From Clostridia bacterium (GTDB lineage Bacteria > Bacillota > Clostridia > Christensenellales > CAG-138), in contig JAFQCL010000029.1 in assembly GCA_017416425.1 (NCBI GenBank), positions 28,703-92,702 of the forward strand: a stretch of DNA of 64,000 bases, written 5' to 3'. Both the position numbers and the translations under genes were made by a program. Positions 63,030 to 64,000 of this stretch are shown piece by piece. Each line of letters starts with the position of its first letter. Within the stretch, counting starts at the first letter, position 1. The notes beneath the pieces are model-generated. The model ran no database searches, was not told the DNA's origin, and worked only from the letters and a program-made list of their open reading frames with translations.

Positions 63030-63989
63030 ATGACGATACTGGTTACGATGCCTCATGATGAGGTTATAAAAAAGCGCTTTACCGATGCCTCACCGCAAGC
63101 CGAGTTTATATTTTGTGATGAAGGTAAAGCTTTGGATCAACAGCTCTCAAAATGCGACATAATAATAGGAACTGTACCGGTAAAAAGGCTGGTTGGCCTT
63201 GAAAAACTCAAATGGATACACCTAAGTAAAGCAGGCGCGAATGAATATGTAGAATTATCAAAAAAGGGAGTTCTGGTCACGGTGTCAAGCGGCGCTTATG
63301 GGCTTGCTATAAGCGAACACATGCTGGGAATGCTCCTTATGCTTATGAAAAAGCTCCACTTATATCGAGATAATCAAAATAGCGGGCTTTGGAATGATGA
63401 AGGCGCTGTTGATTCCATTTTCGGCGCCACTGTGCTTGTTGTGGGCGTTGGCGATATTGGTGGCGAATTTGCCAAAAGATGCCATAAACTTGGTGCATAT
63501 GTTATCGGCATTCGGCGCATGATAGGAATGAAGCCCGATTACCTTGATGAGTTACATGACATGAGCGCGCTGCATGAGCTTATCAAAAGAGCGGATGTTT
63601 TGGCTTTATCGCTGCCTGGCGGTGAGGATACGCACCACATAATATCAAGATCAGAGCTTGAGATTATGAAGCGGGGAACGATAATTTTAAATGTTGGCAG
63701 AGGGAATGCGATAGATACGGAAGCGCTGGCGGACTTCGTGGCGGATGGACGCATCTGCTGCGGGTTAGATGTAACGGATCCTGAGCCTCTCCCAAAGGAG
63801 CATAGGCTTTGGTATATGAAAAATGCCTTCATTTCTCCGCATATATCGGGCTTCTATCATTTAAAGCATACGCACGACAGAATAGTGGATATCGCATGTG
63901 AGAATATCCGCAGATATTTTGATAAAAAAGAGCTTTTAAACCTGCTTGATGAGCAAACAGGCTATCGTATGTCTGATAACAGAGCTTGA
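63030..63989 (+). CDS. D-isomer-specific 2-hydroxyacid dehydrogenase family protein
   Basis: NAD-binding VGVGDIGGEFAKR and catalytic region NVGRGNAID...DVTDPEPLP...SPHISG. Start 63030 (MTILV...) or GTG 63015. Confidence 0.8.
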   Translation: MTILVTMPHDEVIKKRFTDASPQAEFIFCDEGKALDQQLSKCDIIIGTVPVKRLVGLEKLKWIHLSKAGANEYVELSKKGVLVTVSSGAYGLAISEHMLGMLLMLMKKLHLYRDNQNSGLWNDEGAVDSIFGATVLVVGVGDIGGEFAKRCHKLGAYVIGIRRMIGMKPDYLDELHDMSALHELIKRADVLALSLPGGEDTHHIISRSELEIMKRGTIILNVGRGNAIDTEALADFVADGRICCGLDVTDPEPLPKEHRLWYMKNAFISPHISGFYHLKHTHDRIVDIACENIRRYFDKKELLNLLDEQTGYRMSDNRA

Positions 63990-64000
63990 TCTCGTTTATT

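Noticed and set aside
571-63832. Dozens of 60-170-aa track ORFs lying antisense to or nested inside larger genes (for example 571-792, 2288-2674, 4047-4553, 8235-8589, 29733-30245, 30354-30971, 43181-43696, 52882-53247, 55143-55652, 60853-61200)
   Set aside because: They overlap long ORFs that have clear family motifs. They lack Shine-Dalgarno sequences and have low-complexity or Cys/Arg/Ser-rich compositions typical of shadow frames.
1-64000. Scan for CRISPR arrays, transposases, integrases, phage genes, toxin-antitoxin pairs or known defence-system gene sets
   Set aside because: No regularly spaced direct repeats and no recombinase or phage-like ORFs were seen. The only defence-related content is the decayed R-M locus at 31.3-33.0 kb.

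Overview
This 64-kb chromosomal segment comes from a spore-forming Firmicute, probably Clostridia-like, since sigK, spoIIE, sleB-ypeB and soj-spo0J are all present. Most genes are core housekeeping. They include the ECF transporter module ecfA1-ecfA2-ecfT, coaE, polA, pdp, an m5C rRNA methyltransferase, mpg and arcC. They also include uvrC, the glycogen operon glgBCDA, rlmH, bioY, and a long minus-strand fatty-acid synthesis operon (acpP-fabK-fabD-fabG-fabF-accB-fabZ-accC-accD-accA) that ends with an acyl-CoA synthetase and a TetR regulator. Two tRNAs (Val-GAC, Gln-CUG) are present. I found no CRISPR array, transposase, integrase or prophage genes. Accessory or unusual content: (1) A five-gene putative redox/H2-sensing module is built around a sensory-type [FeFe]-hydrogenase homologue. 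(2) A visibly AT-rich islet between soj-spo0J and sleB-ypeB carries a decayed type II restriction-modification system: a frameshifted HTH, an intact C5-methyltransferase and a truncated downstream gene. (3) An Lsa-like ABC-F gene sits behind a classic attenuator leader with mini-uORFs. (4) There is a proteasome-fold Ntn hydrolase with a Ser nucleophile. (5) There is an AT-rich GNAT islet. The most interesting signal directly visible is a recurrent structured intercistronic leader found three times on the minus strand, upstream of polA, accB and fabK. Its order is P1 stem, conserved CCAGUNCCAAUYCCA tract, AGAAAGGA Shine-Dalgarno, small P2 hairpin, then the start codon. The SD lies 21 nt from the ATG unless P2 forms. 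I do not recognise it as a known RNA family. All functional calls come from motif recognition by eye. No database search was run.
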